Both the position numbers and the translations under genes were made by a program. The notes below the pieces were generated by a model. That model ran no database searches. It was not told where the DNA came from and worked only from the letters and a program-made list of their open reading frames with translations. This document shows positions 1 through 10,075 of a stretch of 64,000 nucleotides of DNA, piece after piece (position 1 is the first letter of the stretch; every line of letters starts with the position of its first letter). The stretch covers positions 128,001 through 192,000 of the forward strand of contig CAVUWA010000001.1 of assembly GCA_963744995.1 (NCBI GenBank), written 5' to 3'. This DNA is from Candidatus Eiseniibacteriota bacterium. GTDB lineage: Bacteria; Eisenbacteria; RBG-16-71-46.

Positions 1-1689
1 GCGCGTGCCGTCGACTTCGTTGTCGTGGCTGCCGAAAACCGGCGTACCGCCGGACTCGTCGATGCTGTCGAGCCCGAGGATCTCGATGTACGGCACGGTT
101 GTCCCGTCCGGTTTTTCGACGACGGTCAACGGCGGCTGGTCGGTGCCACGCCGGATCGTGAGCTTGAACGTCGCGGGGTCGATGTTCTGTCCGGCGAGCT
201 GGTAGAAGTTCTTGAGCTCGAGATCGCGCACGCGCGTGAACACGTCGTTGGTGTCGTAGTCGGCGCCCGAGAACTTGAGCGCCTTCACGTTCGGCCGCAG
301 CAGCTCCAGCTTGCGCACCTGCTCGCCGTTGACGTCGGTGACGAGGTCGGGACTGCCGAAATCGATCAGGTCGCCGGTCGCCGCGCCGTTGAGCACCCTG
401 CGCGCCTTGAAGGCGACGGCCAGGCGCTGTTCACCGCTCACCGGGCGGCGCAGGCGGATGACCTTGAAGTAGGGCCCGTAGATGTCGTTCAGGACCTGGT
501 AGTCGAGGTCGTCGCCCGGCTGGAGCTCGGTGAAGGTGCCGCGCACCGAGACGGTATCGGCGCTGTCCGCTGCGGCCTGGGCGGCGATCGGGTCGGGAAA
601 CGCGCGACCGCGGAAGGCGTTCTGGTCGTTGCCCGAGTTGTAGTCGTCCAGGTAGAGGTGGATGCTCGACTCGTCGATCTCCAGCGTGCCGTAGCGGTTC
701 GGGTCGTACAGCATGAAGTAGACGCCCGGCACGTAGTCGAGGTCGGCCAGCGTCTGCGTCTGTTTGGACGCGCCGCCGGTGTAGCTGCCCCGCTCGCTCC
801 GCCCCTCCTGCTTGCTGGCCAGCACCGTGAGGTCGAGCGGTCCGACCCGGGTGCCGAGCTTGGCGCCGAACAGGCCCTCGTTGCGCCCGCTGTAGGAGAC
901 GTACTGCGTGTTCGGCAGCGTGAGGTTGGTGTTGCCGAGGTCGAGGGACTGAACCAGGTCGTCCTCGTCGCCCTTGTAGTTGATCTTGATGCGGTTGCTG
1001 AGCGGGATCGGATTGGCCGACTGCTGCAGCAGGTTGACCTTGATGCGATCGGAGAGCTGCCCCTCGAGGTTGATGTTGAGGTCCTGCTGCATGTTGAGCG
1101 AGGGAAACAGCGACTGCTTCTGGCCGAGCTGGCTGGCCTGCTGGTTGGTCCAGTTGCTCTGACCCGAGAGCCGGATGACCTCGGAACCGGACACGTTGAG
1201 AGCCGGTCCCCCGGGGCCGAGCAGGCTTTGGATCCGCGGCGGCAGCGGCGATGGCAGGTTGAACGACAACCCCTGCCCGCTCGGGCCGCGCGGCGTGGCG
1301 GCGCCGAGCGAGTTCACGCTCCCGCGCGACTTGGCCTCCCACTTCTCGCGGAAGTTCCGCCAGGTGAGCTGCCGCCCGTAGGCCGTGAGGCTCAGCCGCG
1401 TGGGTTCACCGACCGCCACCTCGCCCACCTCGGGACGGGTGATCACCGCCCCGGAGTCCGCGTCGAGCTCGACCCGCAGGCGGCGCGGGTCGAACGTGAA
1501 CACCAGAGACGGCGGCCCCGGAGTCAGGTCCTCGAGGCCGGCGCGGACGAAGGCGCTCTCCACGGCCAGCAGCGAGGGGGTCTTCCAGACCGGCGGAATG
1601 GTGTCCCGCGGGGCCGCGGCATGCGAGGACCCGAAGAACGGGAAGCTGACGAGCAGCGCGAACGCCGCAGGGGTGAGCGGATCGAACAT
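1..1689 (-). CDS. sprA: SprA/Sov-like large outer-membrane protein (T9SS translocon homolog), N-terminal part; runs off the left edge
   Basis: Not in the ORF track. Manual translation from ATG 1689: MFDPLTPAAFALLVSFPFFGSSHA (signal peptide)...LNVSGSEVIRLSG...NMQQDLNINLEGQLSDRIKVN...NRIKINYKGDEDDLVQSLDLGNTNLTLPNTQYVSYSGRNEGLFGAKL...LTVLASKQEG, which resembles the SprA N-terminal region. Confidence 0.75.
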   Translation of the reverse strand, partial: MFDPLTPAAFALLVSFPFFGSSHAAAPRDTIPPVWKTPSLLAVESAFVRAGLEDLTPGPPSLVFTFDPRRLRVELDADSGAVITRPEVGEVAVGEPTRLSLTAYGRQLTWRNFREKWEAKSRGSVNSLGAATPRGPSGQGLSFNLPSPLPPRIQSLLGPGGPALNVSGSEVIRLSGQSNWTNQQASQLGQKQSLFPSLNMQQDLNINLEGQLSDRIKVNLLQQSANPIPLSNRIKINYKGDEDDLVQSLDLGNTNLTLPNTQYVSYSGRNEGLFGAKLGTRVGPLDLTVLASKQEGRSERGSYTGGASKQTQTLADLDYVPGVYFMLYDPNRYGTLEIDESSIHLYLDDYNSGNDQNAFRGRAFPDPIAAQAAADSADTVSVRGTFTELQPGDDLDYQVLNDIYGPYFKVIRLRRPVSGEQRLAVAFKARRVLNGAATGDLIDFGSPDLVTDVNGEQVRKLELLRPNVKALKFSGADYDTNDVFTRVRDLELKNFYQLAGQNIDPATFKLTIRRGTDQPPLTVVEKPDGTTVPYIEILGLDSIDESGGTPVFGSHDNEVDGTR

Positions 1690-1826
1690 GGAGTCCCTGA
1701 AAACGCAATGCGCCTCCGGCAGGGGAGGCGACGGGATCGGACCCTATCAGGCTAGTTTCCAGTGGTCAAAGCGCTTAGAGGTGTTTTCAATCGCGCGGGG
1801 CCGATCGCATGGGGTAGTCTGCTGCC

Positions 1827-3215
1827 GTGCGCATTCTCCATTCCTACATCCTCAGGCAGCACCTGGTTCCATTCCTCCTTGGTTTCGGCGTCGTGACGTT
1901 CATTCTTGAAATGGACGTGCTGTTCGACTACCTCGATCTGGTGGTGAATCGGGGTGTTTCCCCCCTGATCGTCCTGCAGCTGTTCGGGCTGTCCCTGGGC
2001 TATATCGTGGCCCTGTCGGTCCCCTGCGCGGTGCTGGTCGCCTCGCTGATGACCTTCGGCCGCCTCTCCCAGGACAACGAGATCACGGCGCTCCGGGCGA
2101 GCGGGGTCAACCTGCTCCACGCCATGGTCGGGCCGCTGGTCGCCTCGGTCGTGCTGGCGGCCGGTCTCACGCTGTTCAACAACCATGTCCTGCCCGAGAC
2201 CAATCACGCGTTCGCGAACCTGCTGATCGACATCGGCCGCATGCGCCCCACGGTCAAGCTGCAGGAGGGCGTGTTCATCACCGACTTTCCCGGCTACACG
2301 CTGCTGGTCCAGTCCGTGAACGGGCGCACCAACGAGATGCGCGGCGTGACGATCTACCAGATGAACCCGGGCGGGCCGCCCACGACGATCATCGCCGAGC
2401 GCGGCTTCCTGTCGTATTCGCGCAACGGGCGCGACGCGGTGCTGGAGCTCGAGAACGGCGAGATTCACGAGATCCCGCCCGACGACGAAGGCGCCGCGCG
2501 CTACCGGCGACTGGTGTTCAAGAAGCACACGATCAACATCGCCGGCGCCGGCGGGATGCTCGAGCGCACCGTGCGCAACTCGCGCAGCGACCGCGAGATG
2601 AGCGCGCAGGATCTCATGAGCGAGCGCGACTCGGTGGTGGCGCAGTACGCGATGGCGACCCGGGACCGCCGCAGGCGACTCGTGGCCGCCGGCGTGCCGG
2701 CGAGGGACCTCGAGCTGCTCACGCCCGAGACGCGGCCGTTCATGGAGCGGGTACGCGGACTGTTCGCCTCCTGGACCAGGCATCCCGACGGCCTCGACCG
2801 CCTCGAGGAAGAGCGGCCCGACCTCACCCCGCAGATCGAGCTCTGGCGTCGCGAGCGCGACGGCTACCGGCGCCGGATCGCCGGACTGTCGGTCGAGGTC
2901 CACAAGAAGTTCTCGCTGCCGGCGGCGTGCGTGGTGTTCGTCCTGCTCGGCACCCCGATCGGCATGCGCGTGCGGCGTGCCGGGCCGGCCGTCGCATTCG
3001 TGTCGGTGGCGTTCTTCCTGTTCTACTACCTGTGCCTGATCGGCGGCGAGGAGCTGGCGAACCGCCTGCTGTTCGTGCCGTGGCTCGCGATGTGGCTGCC
3101 GAACATCGTGCTCGGCGCCTGGGGCATCCTGTGGACGCTGCAGGCGTGCGAAGTCCGCATCGGCCCGCGCCGCGCGCACGCGCGCCCGCCGCGCGCCGTG
3201 GTCGCGACCCCGTGA
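1827..3215 (+). CDS. lptF: LPS export permease, LptF/LptG family (LptF)
   Basis: YILRQHL..PF, FGRLSQDNEITALRASGV and VEVHKKFSLP motifs; TM-periplasmic-TM layout. Confidence 0.9.
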   Translation: MRILHSYILRQHLVPFLLGFGVVTFILEMDVLFDYLDLVVNRGVSPLIVLQLFGLSLGYIVALSVPCAVLVASLMTFGRLSQDNEITALRASGVNLLHAMVGPLVASVVLAAGLTLFNNHVLPETNHAFANLLIDIGRMRPTVKLQEGVFITDFPGYTLLVQSVNGRTNEMRGVTIYQMNPGGPPTTIIAERGFLSYSRNGRDAVLELENGEIHEIPPDDEGAARYRRLVFKKHTINIAGAGGMLERTVRNSRSDREMSAQDLMSERDSVVAQYAMATRDRRRRLVAAGVPARDLELLTPETRPFMERVRGLFASWTRHPDGLDRLEEERPDLTPQIELWRRERDGYRRRIAGLSVEVHKKFSLPAACVVFVLLGTPIGMRVRRAGPAVAFVSVAFFLFYYLCLIGGEELANRLLFVPWLAMWLPNIVLGAWGILWTLQACEVRIGPRRAHARPPRAVVATP

Positions 3216-4291
3216 AACAGCTCGACCGCTACGTCCTGCGCGAATTCCTGGGCTACGTGCTGCTCGGGTTGTCCGGCTTCATCGTGATCTTCGTCGTCGT
3301 CGACGTGTTCGAGAAGATCAGCGTGTTCCTCGATCACCAGGCGCCGCTGGGCACGGTGGCGCGGTTCTACATGAGTCTGGCGCCCCAGGTGATCGTCCAG
3401 GTGCTGCCGGTGGCGCTGCTGCTCGCCACGTTCCTGGCGCTCGGGCAGCTCAACAAGTTCGGCGAGCTCACGGCGATGCGTGCCGCGGGGGTGTCGCTGA
3501 TGCGCATCCTGCGCCCGGTGTTCTGGGTCGCGATCCTCGCCACGCTGGTCTCCCTCCTGCTCGGAGAGTTCGTGGTTCCGGGCGCCAATCGCGAGCGCGA
3601 CCACATCTACGACGAGCAGATTCAGCGCATTCAGCGCCCGACGGTGAACGAGCGCGCCGATCTCACCTACCTCGGCGAGGGCGGGCGGATCTTCTACATC
3701 CGCCTCTACCTCGTGGACGAGCAGCGCATGCACGAGGTCAGCCTGCAGCAGTTCAAGGACGGCGAGCTGGTGCGCCGCATCGACGCGGCCGAGGCGTCCT
3801 GGGACGGGACCCAGTGGGTGTTCACGTCCGGGTACGAGCGCACCTTCAGGAACGGCAAGGAGACGGCGAAGGAGTTCAGCACGCTGGCGGTCCCCGAGAT
3901 CGCCGAGCGCCCCGCCGACTTCGCCAAGGACGTCCGCAAGCCGGACGAAATGAACTACCTGGAGCTGCACCGTTACGTGCAGAAGCTCAGGGCCAGCGGC
4001 GCGCGCGTCGCCAACTACCTCGTGGACCTGCACGTGAAGCTGTCGTTCCCGCTCATCAACTTCATCGTCGTGCTGATCGGCGCGTCGCTGGCGACGCGGC
4101 TACGCATGCAGAGCGCCGCGCTCGGCTTCGGCCTCTCGGTCGCGATCTCGTTCATCTACTACGCGTTCATGCGCGCCGGGCAGGCCCTCGGCCACAATGG
4201 CGCGCTGCCGCCGTATCTCGCCGCCTGGCTCGGCGACATCGTCTTCGGTGCGGTCGGCGTCGTGATGCTGTTCCAGGCCCAGCGCCGCTGA
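3212..4291 (+). CDS. lptG: LPS export permease LptG
   Basis: GTG start overlaps the lptF stop (GTGA); LDRYVLREF, GELTAMRAAGVS, DLHVKLSFP motifs. Confidence 0.9.
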   Translation: MKQLDRYVLREFLGYVLLGLSGFIVIFVVVDVFEKISVFLDHQAPLGTVARFYMSLAPQVIVQVLPVALLLATFLALGQLNKFGELTAMRAAGVSLMRILRPVFWVAILATLVSLLLGEFVVPGANRERDHIYDEQIQRIQRPTVNERADLTYLGEGGRIFYIRLYLVDEQRMHEVSLQQFKDGELVRRIDAAEASWDGTQWVFTSGYERTFRNGKETAKEFSTLAVPEIAERPADFAKDVRKPDEMNYLELHRYVQKLRASGARVANYLVDLHVKLSFPLINFIVVLIGASLATRLRMQSAALGFGLSVAISFIYYAFMRAGQALGHNGALPPYLAAWLGDIVFGAVGVVMLFQAQRR

Positions 4292-4314
4292 AGCGGGCCG
4301 CTCACGGCCGGACC

Positions 4315-5004
4315 CTAGAGCGCGAACGCGCGGCCCACCGCGTCCAGGCGGCCGCAGAACTCCAGGTCGCGCACCCATGCCGGGCCGAGCGCCACCAGCT
4401 CGCGCGCGTGCGGGCAGCCGGCCACCAGCGCGCGGATCCCGGCCGCATCGGCGGGGGCCAGGTGCCGTGCGAAGCGCGCGCCGGGTCCCTCGAGCACCGC
4501 ACCGCGCGCTTCGAGTGCGGCGCACAGCCACCCGGCGCACGCCGCGTCCTCGAGCGCGGGCCGCCCGAGCTTGCCGGCACACACCACCGTGACGTGCGAT
4601 CGCGCGGCGACCGCGTCCACGACGGCGCTCGCGTTCACGAACGCGCCGAGCCAGCGCCGGCGCGCGCGCGCCGCGGCGATCATGGCCAGCGAGCCGTTGG
4701 TCGAAGCGAACACCAGCGCCCGGCCGCCGACCCGCGCGGCGTCGTATTCGAGCGGCGAATTGCCCAGATCGAAACCCTCGACCCGGCGGCCGCCGCGCTC
4801 GCCGCAGGCGAGCGCCCCGGGCTGCGCCGCGCGCCGCGCCAGCGCCGCCGCCGGCGACCCCACCGGCGTCACCGGACCGGCGCCGTGCGCGAGCGCCACG
4901 GTGAGCGTGGTGGTCGCGCGCAGCACGTCGATCACGATCGCCTCGGTGCCGGGCGCGAGCGCGGCGGCATCCGGCACGAGCTGCACGATGACCGCGCCCC
5001 TCAC
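4315..5004 (-). CDS. comB: 2-phosphosulfolactate phosphatase family protein (ComB-like)
   Basis: IVIDVLRATT, GERGG..GFDLGNSP, STNGS, ALEDAACAG motifs. Confidence 0.9.
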   Translation of the reverse strand: MRGAVIVQLVPDAAALAPGTEAIVIDVLRATTTLTVALAHGAGPVTPVGSPAAALARRAAQPGALACGERGGRRVEGFDLGNSPLEYDAARVGGRALVFASTNGSLAMIAAARARRRWLGAFVNASAVVDAVAARSHVTVVCAGKLGRPALEDAACAGWLCAALEARGAVLEGPGARFARHLAPADAAGIRALVAGCPHARELVALGPAWVRDLEFCGRLDAVGRAFAL

Positions 5005-5067
5005 CGGCGGCGCACCGCACGGACGGGCCGGACCGGGGCCGCGGTCATGCGCATCGGGTCCGTGACG

Positions 5068-6453
5068 TCAGGCCTTGGCGGCGGGCTCGGGCTTGCCGCC
5101 CCTGCGGTGCGAGTGACCGAGCAGCTCCGCCACGAAGCGGGTGTCGATGTCGCCCTTCTGGAACCGCTCGGACGCGATCGCCAGGCGGTGGAACGGAATG
5201 GTCGTCTTCACGCCTTCGACGATCATCTCGTCGAGCGCGATCTCCATGCGGCGCAGCGCCTCGGCGCGTGTCGCGCCGGTGGTGATCAGCTTGCCGATCA
5301 TGGAATCGTAGAACGGCGGCACCGTGTAGCCCGCGTAGGCATGGCTGTCGACGCGCACGCCCGGCCCGCCCGGTTTGTACCAGTAGGAGATCAGTCCCGG
5401 GCTCGGGCGGAAGCCGTGTTCGTAGTCCTCGGCGTTGATGCGGCATTCGAGCGCGTGGCCGGTCCAGCGGATCTCCTCCTGCTTGCGCGACAGCTTCTCG
5501 CCCGCCGCGACGCGGATCTGCTCCTTCACGAGGTCCATGCCGGTGACCTCCTCCGTCACCGGGTGCTCGACCTGGATGCGCGTGTTCATCTCCATGAAGT
5601 AGAACGAGCCGTCCTCGTCGAACAGGAACTCCATGGTCCCGGCGTTCAGGTAGCCGATGGACGCGGCGCCCTTCGCCGCCATCCCGCCGACCCGGACGCG
5701 GTCTTCGGGCGACAGGAAAGGGCTCGGCGACTCCTCGATCAGTTTCTGGTGGTTACGCTGCACCGAGCACTCCCGCTCGCCCAGGTGGACCAGGTTGCCG
5801 TGCGAGTCGCCGAACAGCTGGAACTCGATGTGACGCGGGCGCGCGATGTACTTCTCGAGGTATACCGCGTCGTTGCCGAACGCCGCCCCGGCCTCGGCCT
5901 GCGCGATGCCGAACCCGCCGCGCAGCTCGGACTCGTCCCAGGCGATGCGCATGCCGCGCCCGCCCCCGCCGGCCGAGGCCTTGATGATCACCGGAAAGCC
6001 GATCGACTTCGCCAGCGCCAGGGCCGCGTCGTAGTCCTCGAGCGGGCCGTCGCTGCCGGGCACCACGGGCAGCCCGGCCGCCTGCATCGTCTGACGCGCG
6101 ACCGCCTTGTCGCCCATGCGCCGGATCATCTCGGGGGTCGGACCGATGAACGTGAACCCGCACGACGCGGCGACCTCGGCGAAGTGCGCGTTCTCGGACA
6201 GAAACCCGTAGCCGGGGTGGATCGCGTCGGCGCCGGTGACTTCCGCCGCGGAGATGATGCGCGGGACGTGGTTGTAGGACTGCGCCGGGGCGGGCGGACC
6301 GATGCAGACCGACTCGTCGGCGAGCCGGACGTGCAGACTGTCGCGGTCGGCTTCGCTGAACACGGCCACGGTGGGAATCTTCAGTTCACGGCAGGCACGG
6401 ATCACTCGAAGCGCGATTTCGCCTCGATTGGCCACGAGCACTTTTCGGAACAT
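5068..6453 (-). CDS. accC: acetyl-CoA carboxylase biotin carboxylase subunit
   Basis: [44 protein letters not shown]. Confidence 0.97.
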   Translation of the reverse strand: MFRKVLVANRGEIALRVIRACRELKIPTVAVFSEADRDSLHVRLADESVCIGPPAPAQSYNHVPRIISAAEVTGADAIHPGYGFLSENAHFAEVAASCGFTFIGPTPEMIRRMGDKAVARQTMQAAGLPVVPGSDGPLEDYDAALALAKSIGFPVIIKASAGGGGRGMRIAWDESELRGGFGIAQAEAGAAFGNDAVYLEKYIARPRHIEFQLFGDSHGNLVHLGERECSVQRNHQKLIEESPSPFLSPEDRVRVGGMAAKGAASIGYLNAGTMEFLFDEDGSFYFMEMNTRIQVEHPVTEEVTGMDLVKEQIRVAAGEKLSRKQEEIRWTGHALECRINAEDYEHGFRPSPGLISYWYKPGGPGVRVDSHAYAGYTVPPFYDSMIGKLITTGATRAEALRRMEIALDEMIVEGVKTTIPFHRLAIASERFQKGDIDTRFVAELLGHSHRRGGKPEPAAKA

Positions 6454-6642
6454 GCGCCTTGCGCCTCCACGACAGCCCTGGGTCCGCGCCCGACACCGCC
6501 TCTCCGCGCGGCGTGCGCGGCGACGGCGAAGCGGCGGGGAAGCGCCGCGACGAACCTGCGGCGGCATTCCCGCCGGCCGGAAAACGGCGGCGCCGCCAGG
6601 CGTTTCACGCCGGCGGCGCGCCGGGTTCGTGAAGCATGGAGG

Positions 6643-7851
6643 TCAGTCGCCGTTCATCCAGCCGGGTTTGCCCCCGGCGCCGGGCTGTGCGGGCGTGCTG
6701 CCCGCGCCCCCGGGGGCCGACGACCGGGAATCTACCCCGGACAGCTTGCCGTCGTCGACCGGCTGCCAGACGCGGTCCGAGGTCCCGGAGATGCCCTTCA
6801 GCTTGAGGGCCAGCTCGTTCGGGTTGGTCGCGTTGCGGAGCGCCTCCTCTTCCGTGATCAGGCCCTCCTTGAGCAGCCACATGACCGACTGGTCGAAGGT
6901 CTGCATGCCGTACTGGGTGACGCCCTCGGCCACGACGTCGCGGATCAGCGGCGTCTTGTCCGGATCGAGCACGTACTCCTTGATCGTCGGCGTCGAGACC
7001 ATGACTTCGACGGCCGGGACGCGGCCGGCGCCGTCCTTGCGCGCGATCAGGCGCTGCGACACGACCGCGCGGAGGTTCGAAGAGAGCGAGAGCCGCACTT
7101 CGTCGTGCTGGTGCGGCGGGTAGAACGAGATGACGCGCTGCAGCGTCTGGACCACGTCGGTGGTGTGCAGCGTGGACATCACCAGGTGGCCGGTGTCCGC
7201 CGCCATCAGCGCCGTGCTCATCGTTTCGTGGTCGCGGATCTCGCCCACGAGGATGATGTCCGGGTCCTGCCGCAGGACGTAGCGCAGACCGTCGTGGAAC
7301 GAGCGCGTGTCGAGCCCGACCTCGCGCTGATGGATGAACGACATCCGGTCGCGATGCAGGAACTCGATCGGATCCTCGACCGTGATCACGTTGCGGGTCG
7401 TGGTCTTGTTGAGCGCGTCGATCATCGCCGCCAGCGTCGTCGATTTGCCCGAGCCGGTGCGGCCCGTGACCAGAATCAGCCCGCGCGGCTCGAAGGCCAG
7501 TTCGCGCACCACCGCGGGCAGCGTGAGATCCTCGATGCTCGGGACCTCGACCGGCACGTGGCGGAGCGCGAGCGCCGGCGTGCCGCGCTGCATGAAGATG
7601 TTGGCGCGGAAGCGGGCGAGGCCCGACACGCCGAACGCGAAGTCGACCTCGTTGTGGGTGGTGAAGTAGAGGCGCTGCTCGTCGTTCAGCAGCTGCTGGC
7701 CGACGTCGCGCAGCTGCTGTGCCGAGGGCGGCGGCTCGTCGAGCGTGTAGAGCACGCCGTCGACGCGAACGACGGGAGGCGTGCCGGCCTTCAGATGGAG
7801 ATCGCTGGCGCGCGCCGCGATCATCTTCTCGAGCACGGTCCTGATGTTCAT
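6643..7851 (-). CDS. pilT: PilT/PilU-family type IV pilus retraction ATPase
   Basis: ASDLHL, Walker A GRTGSGKST, EDPIE, LRQDPDIILVGEIRD, TGHLVMSTLHT, GMQTFDQ; RBS GAGGAG before ATG 7851. Confidence 0.9.
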   Translation of the reverse strand: MNIRTVLEKMIAARASDLHLKAGTPPVVRVDGVLYTLDEPPPSAQQLRDVGQQLLNDEQRLYFTTHNEVDFAFGVSGLARFRANIFMQRGTPALALRHVPVEVPSIEDLTLPAVVRELAFEPRGLILVTGRTGSGKSTTLAAMIDALNKTTTRNVITVEDPIEFLHRDRMSFIHQREVGLDTRSFHDGLRYVLRQDPDIILVGEIRDHETMSTALMAADTGHLVMSTLHTTDVVQTLQRVISFYPPHQHDEVRLSLSSNLRAVVSQRLIARKDGAGRVPAVEVMVSTPTIKEYVLDPDKTPLIRDVVAEGVTQYGMQTFDQSVMWLLKEGLITEEEALRNATNPNELALKLKGISGTSDRVWQPVDDGKLSGVDSRSSAPGGAGSTPAQPGAGGKPGWMNGD

Positions 7852-7907
7852 GCCGCTCCTCATTCCTGTCGCTGCGACCCTGCCGGGACGCGCGACGGAG
7901 GAGCGGA

Positions 7908-8474
7908 TCAGGGCTCGATCAGAAACAGCTTCTGGCCGAACTCCACCGGCTGCGCGTTCTCGACGAGAATCTGGACCACCCGCCCCCTGACGTCCGATTC
8001 GATCTCGTTCATCAGCTTCATGGCTTCGATGATGCAGACGGTCTGCCCCATCTCCACCGAGTCGCCAGGCTCGAGGTAGGGATCCGCATCGGGCGCGGGC
8101 GCCCGGTAGAAGGTCCCCACCATCGGCGAGGTGATCGCGACGTACCGATCGGAGGTCTCGGCCGGCGGCGCGCCCTGCGGCGCTTCGCCCGCCGGCGCAG
8201 CGGGGGGCGCGCCATGGGGGCTCACTGGCGTCACCGGATGTCCGCCTGCCGGCACGACCGAGACGCCGGCCTGCGCCGAGATCCGTACGGCCTTGCCCGC
8301 CGCCGTGATCTCCAGCTCACCGATACCGGTGCTGCGGACCAGGCGGATCAGGCGCCGGAGCTCGGCGAGACCGATGCCTTCCAGTACGTCGTCGGAGCGG
8401 TTATCGGCGCGCGGCGGTCGCGGCTTCACTGCTTTGCCGGCCGCCTTCTTCGCGGCTTTCTTACGCCTGGCCAC
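7908..8474 (-). CDS. accB: acetyl-CoA carboxylase biotin carboxyl carrier protein
   Basis: SPMVGTFY and EAMKLMNEI biotinylation motif; Pro/Ala linker. Confidence 0.95.
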   Translation of the reverse strand: MARRKKAAKKAAGKAVKPRPPRADNRSDDVLEGIGLAELRRLIRLVRSTGIGELEITAAGKAVRISAQAGVSVVPAGGHPVTPVSPHGAPPAAPAGEAPQGAPPAETSDRYVAITSPMVGTFYRAPAPDADPYLEPGDSVEMGQTVCIIEAMKLMNEIESDVRGRVVQILVENAQPVEFGQKLFLIEP

Positions 8475-8907
8475 GGGAGAGATGTCCGTGAAGCGCCCGC
8501 AGGGCGAGCAGGTAGCTGTCGGCGCCGAACCCCTGGATCACTCCGAGGACGACAGCCGACACGTACGAGGTATGCCGGAACGACTCACGGGCATGCGGGT
8601 TGGACACGTGCACCTCGATCACGGGCAGGCGCGTGGCGGCGATCGCGTCTCGCAACGCCACGCTGGTGTGGGTGAGCGCCCCGGGGTTCATGAGCACGCC
8701 GTCCATCCTTCCCCGGGCGCCGTACAGCGCGTCGATCAGCACTCCTTCGTGCTGGCTTTGCAGGCTTTCGATCCGGCAGCCCAGCTCGGTGGCGAGCTGT
8801 TCGAGGCGGCGATGCACGTCGTCGAGCGTCGCGCCCCCATAGACGTCGGGCTCGCGGGTCCCCAGCGCATTCAGATTCGGTCCGTGGAGGACGAGGATGC
8901 GATGCAT
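8461..8907 (-). CDS. aroQ: type II 3-dehydroquinate dehydratase
   Basis: [32 protein letters not shown]...RE.FRH. Confidence 0.95.
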   Translation of the reverse strand: MHRILVLHGPNLNALGTREPDVYGGATLDDVHRRLEQLATELGCRIESLQSQHEGVLIDALYGARGRMDGVLMNPGALTHTSVALRDAIAATRLPVIEVHVSNPHARESFRHTSYVSAVVLGVIQGFGADSYLLALRALHGHLSRGQA

Positions 8908-8933
8908 CGGGCCTCGCTGGCGTTCGAATCGCA

Positions 8934-10034
8934 TCAGCGCCGGGCCCCTGCTTCGATCAGCGCGGATCGAACCAGGCGACCGGACATCAGGCGCGGCAAG
9001 CTAGCATGGCCGATTCGGGGCGTCAACACCCAGCGCACGCCGCCGGCGCCGCGCTTCTTGTCGACGCGCATCGCGCGCTCGAGCGCGGCGATCGTGACCG
9101 GCGGCATCGTGCGCGGCAGCCCGAGCGCATCGAGCATGGCGACGAGCCGCGCGCGCGCTGCCTCCGCGAGGCCCGCTTCGCGCACCGAGAGGCGGGCGGC
9201 GATGCGCATGCCGATCGCCACCGCCTCGCCGTGTCGGAGACCCCGGTAGCCGAGCGCGGCTTCGAGCGCGTGTCCGGCGGTATGACCGAAGTTGAGCGCC
9301 GTGCGGCGCCCGGCCTCGCGCTCGTCGGCCGTGACGATGCGCGCCTTCGCGCGCACCGAGCGTTCGATCGCCTCGGCGAGCGCCCGCGTCTCGCCGGCCG
9401 CGAGTGCCGCGAGATGCGCCTCGAGCCAGCGGAACAGCGCCGCGTCCACCGCCATGCCGGTCTTGACGACCTCGGCGAGCCCCGCGCGGCGTTCGCGCGG
9501 GGCAAGCGTGGCGAGCGTCGCCGGGTCGATCAGCACGAGCGCGGGCTGATGGAACGCCCCCGCGAGATTCTTGCCGGCGGGAAGATCGAGCGCGGTCTTG
9601 CCGCCGACGCTGCTGTCGACCTGGGCCAGCACCGTCGTCGGCACGCAGGCCCACGTCACGCCGCGCAGCCAGGTCGCCGCCGCGAAGCCGGCCAGATCGC
9701 CCACGACTCCGCCGCCGAGCGCCACGATCGCGTCGCCTCTGCCGATGCCGGCCGCAGCCGCGGCCTCCCAGATCCGTTCCAGGTGGCGGGTGCGTTTCGC
9801 GGCTTCGCCGCGCGGCACGCGCACCGCGTGCACGGCGATCCCCGCACGGGCGAGCGAGCGGCGCGCGCGCGCGCCGTAGAGACGGTCGACGCGCGCGTCG
9901 GTCACGATCAGCGCGCGCGCGGGATCGACGAGGCGGGCGAGCCGCGGTCCGAGTCGATCGAGCGCGCCGGACTCGATCCGGATCTTGGAGGCGGCGGGAC
10001 GGCCGCGGTAGCGCAGGGGGAGCAGGCGTGGCAC
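8934..10034 (-). CDS. aroB: 3-dehydroquinate synthase
   Basis: [44 protein letters not shown] start 7 nt after a TATACT -10 box. Confidence 0.95.
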   Translation of the reverse strand: MPRLLPLRYRGRPAASKIRIESGALDRLGPRLARLVDPARALIVTDARVDRLYGARARRSLARAGIAVHAVRVPRGEAAKRTRHLERIWEAAAAAGIGRGDAIVALGGGVVGDLAGFAAATWLRGVTWACVPTTVLAQVDSSVGGKTALDLPAGKNLAGAFHQPALVLIDPATLATLAPRERRAGLAEVVKTGMAVDAALFRWLEAHLAALAAGETRALAEAIERSVRAKARIVTADEREAGRRTALNFGHTAGHALEAALGYRGLRHGEAVAIGMRIAARLSVREAGLAEAARARLVAMLDALGLPRTMPPVTIAALERAMRVDKKRGAGGVRWVLTPRIGHASLPRLMSGRLVRSALIEAGARR

Positions 10035-10075
10035 GGCGGGCAGTATAGCGCCCCCGCGCGCGGGGAGCGCGGACC

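Noticed and set aside
4315..5004. Coenzyme M biosynthesis pathway
   Set aside because: ComB-like phosphatases are widespread alone, and no comA/C/D/E genes are present here
3814..8079. 1421-aa plus-strand ORF, and similar long ORFs such as 25-1755, 52390-55068 and 57862-60354
   Set aside because: Antisense or off-frame shadows of clear genes; Arg/Ala/Gly-rich with no motifs, as expected in high-GC DNA
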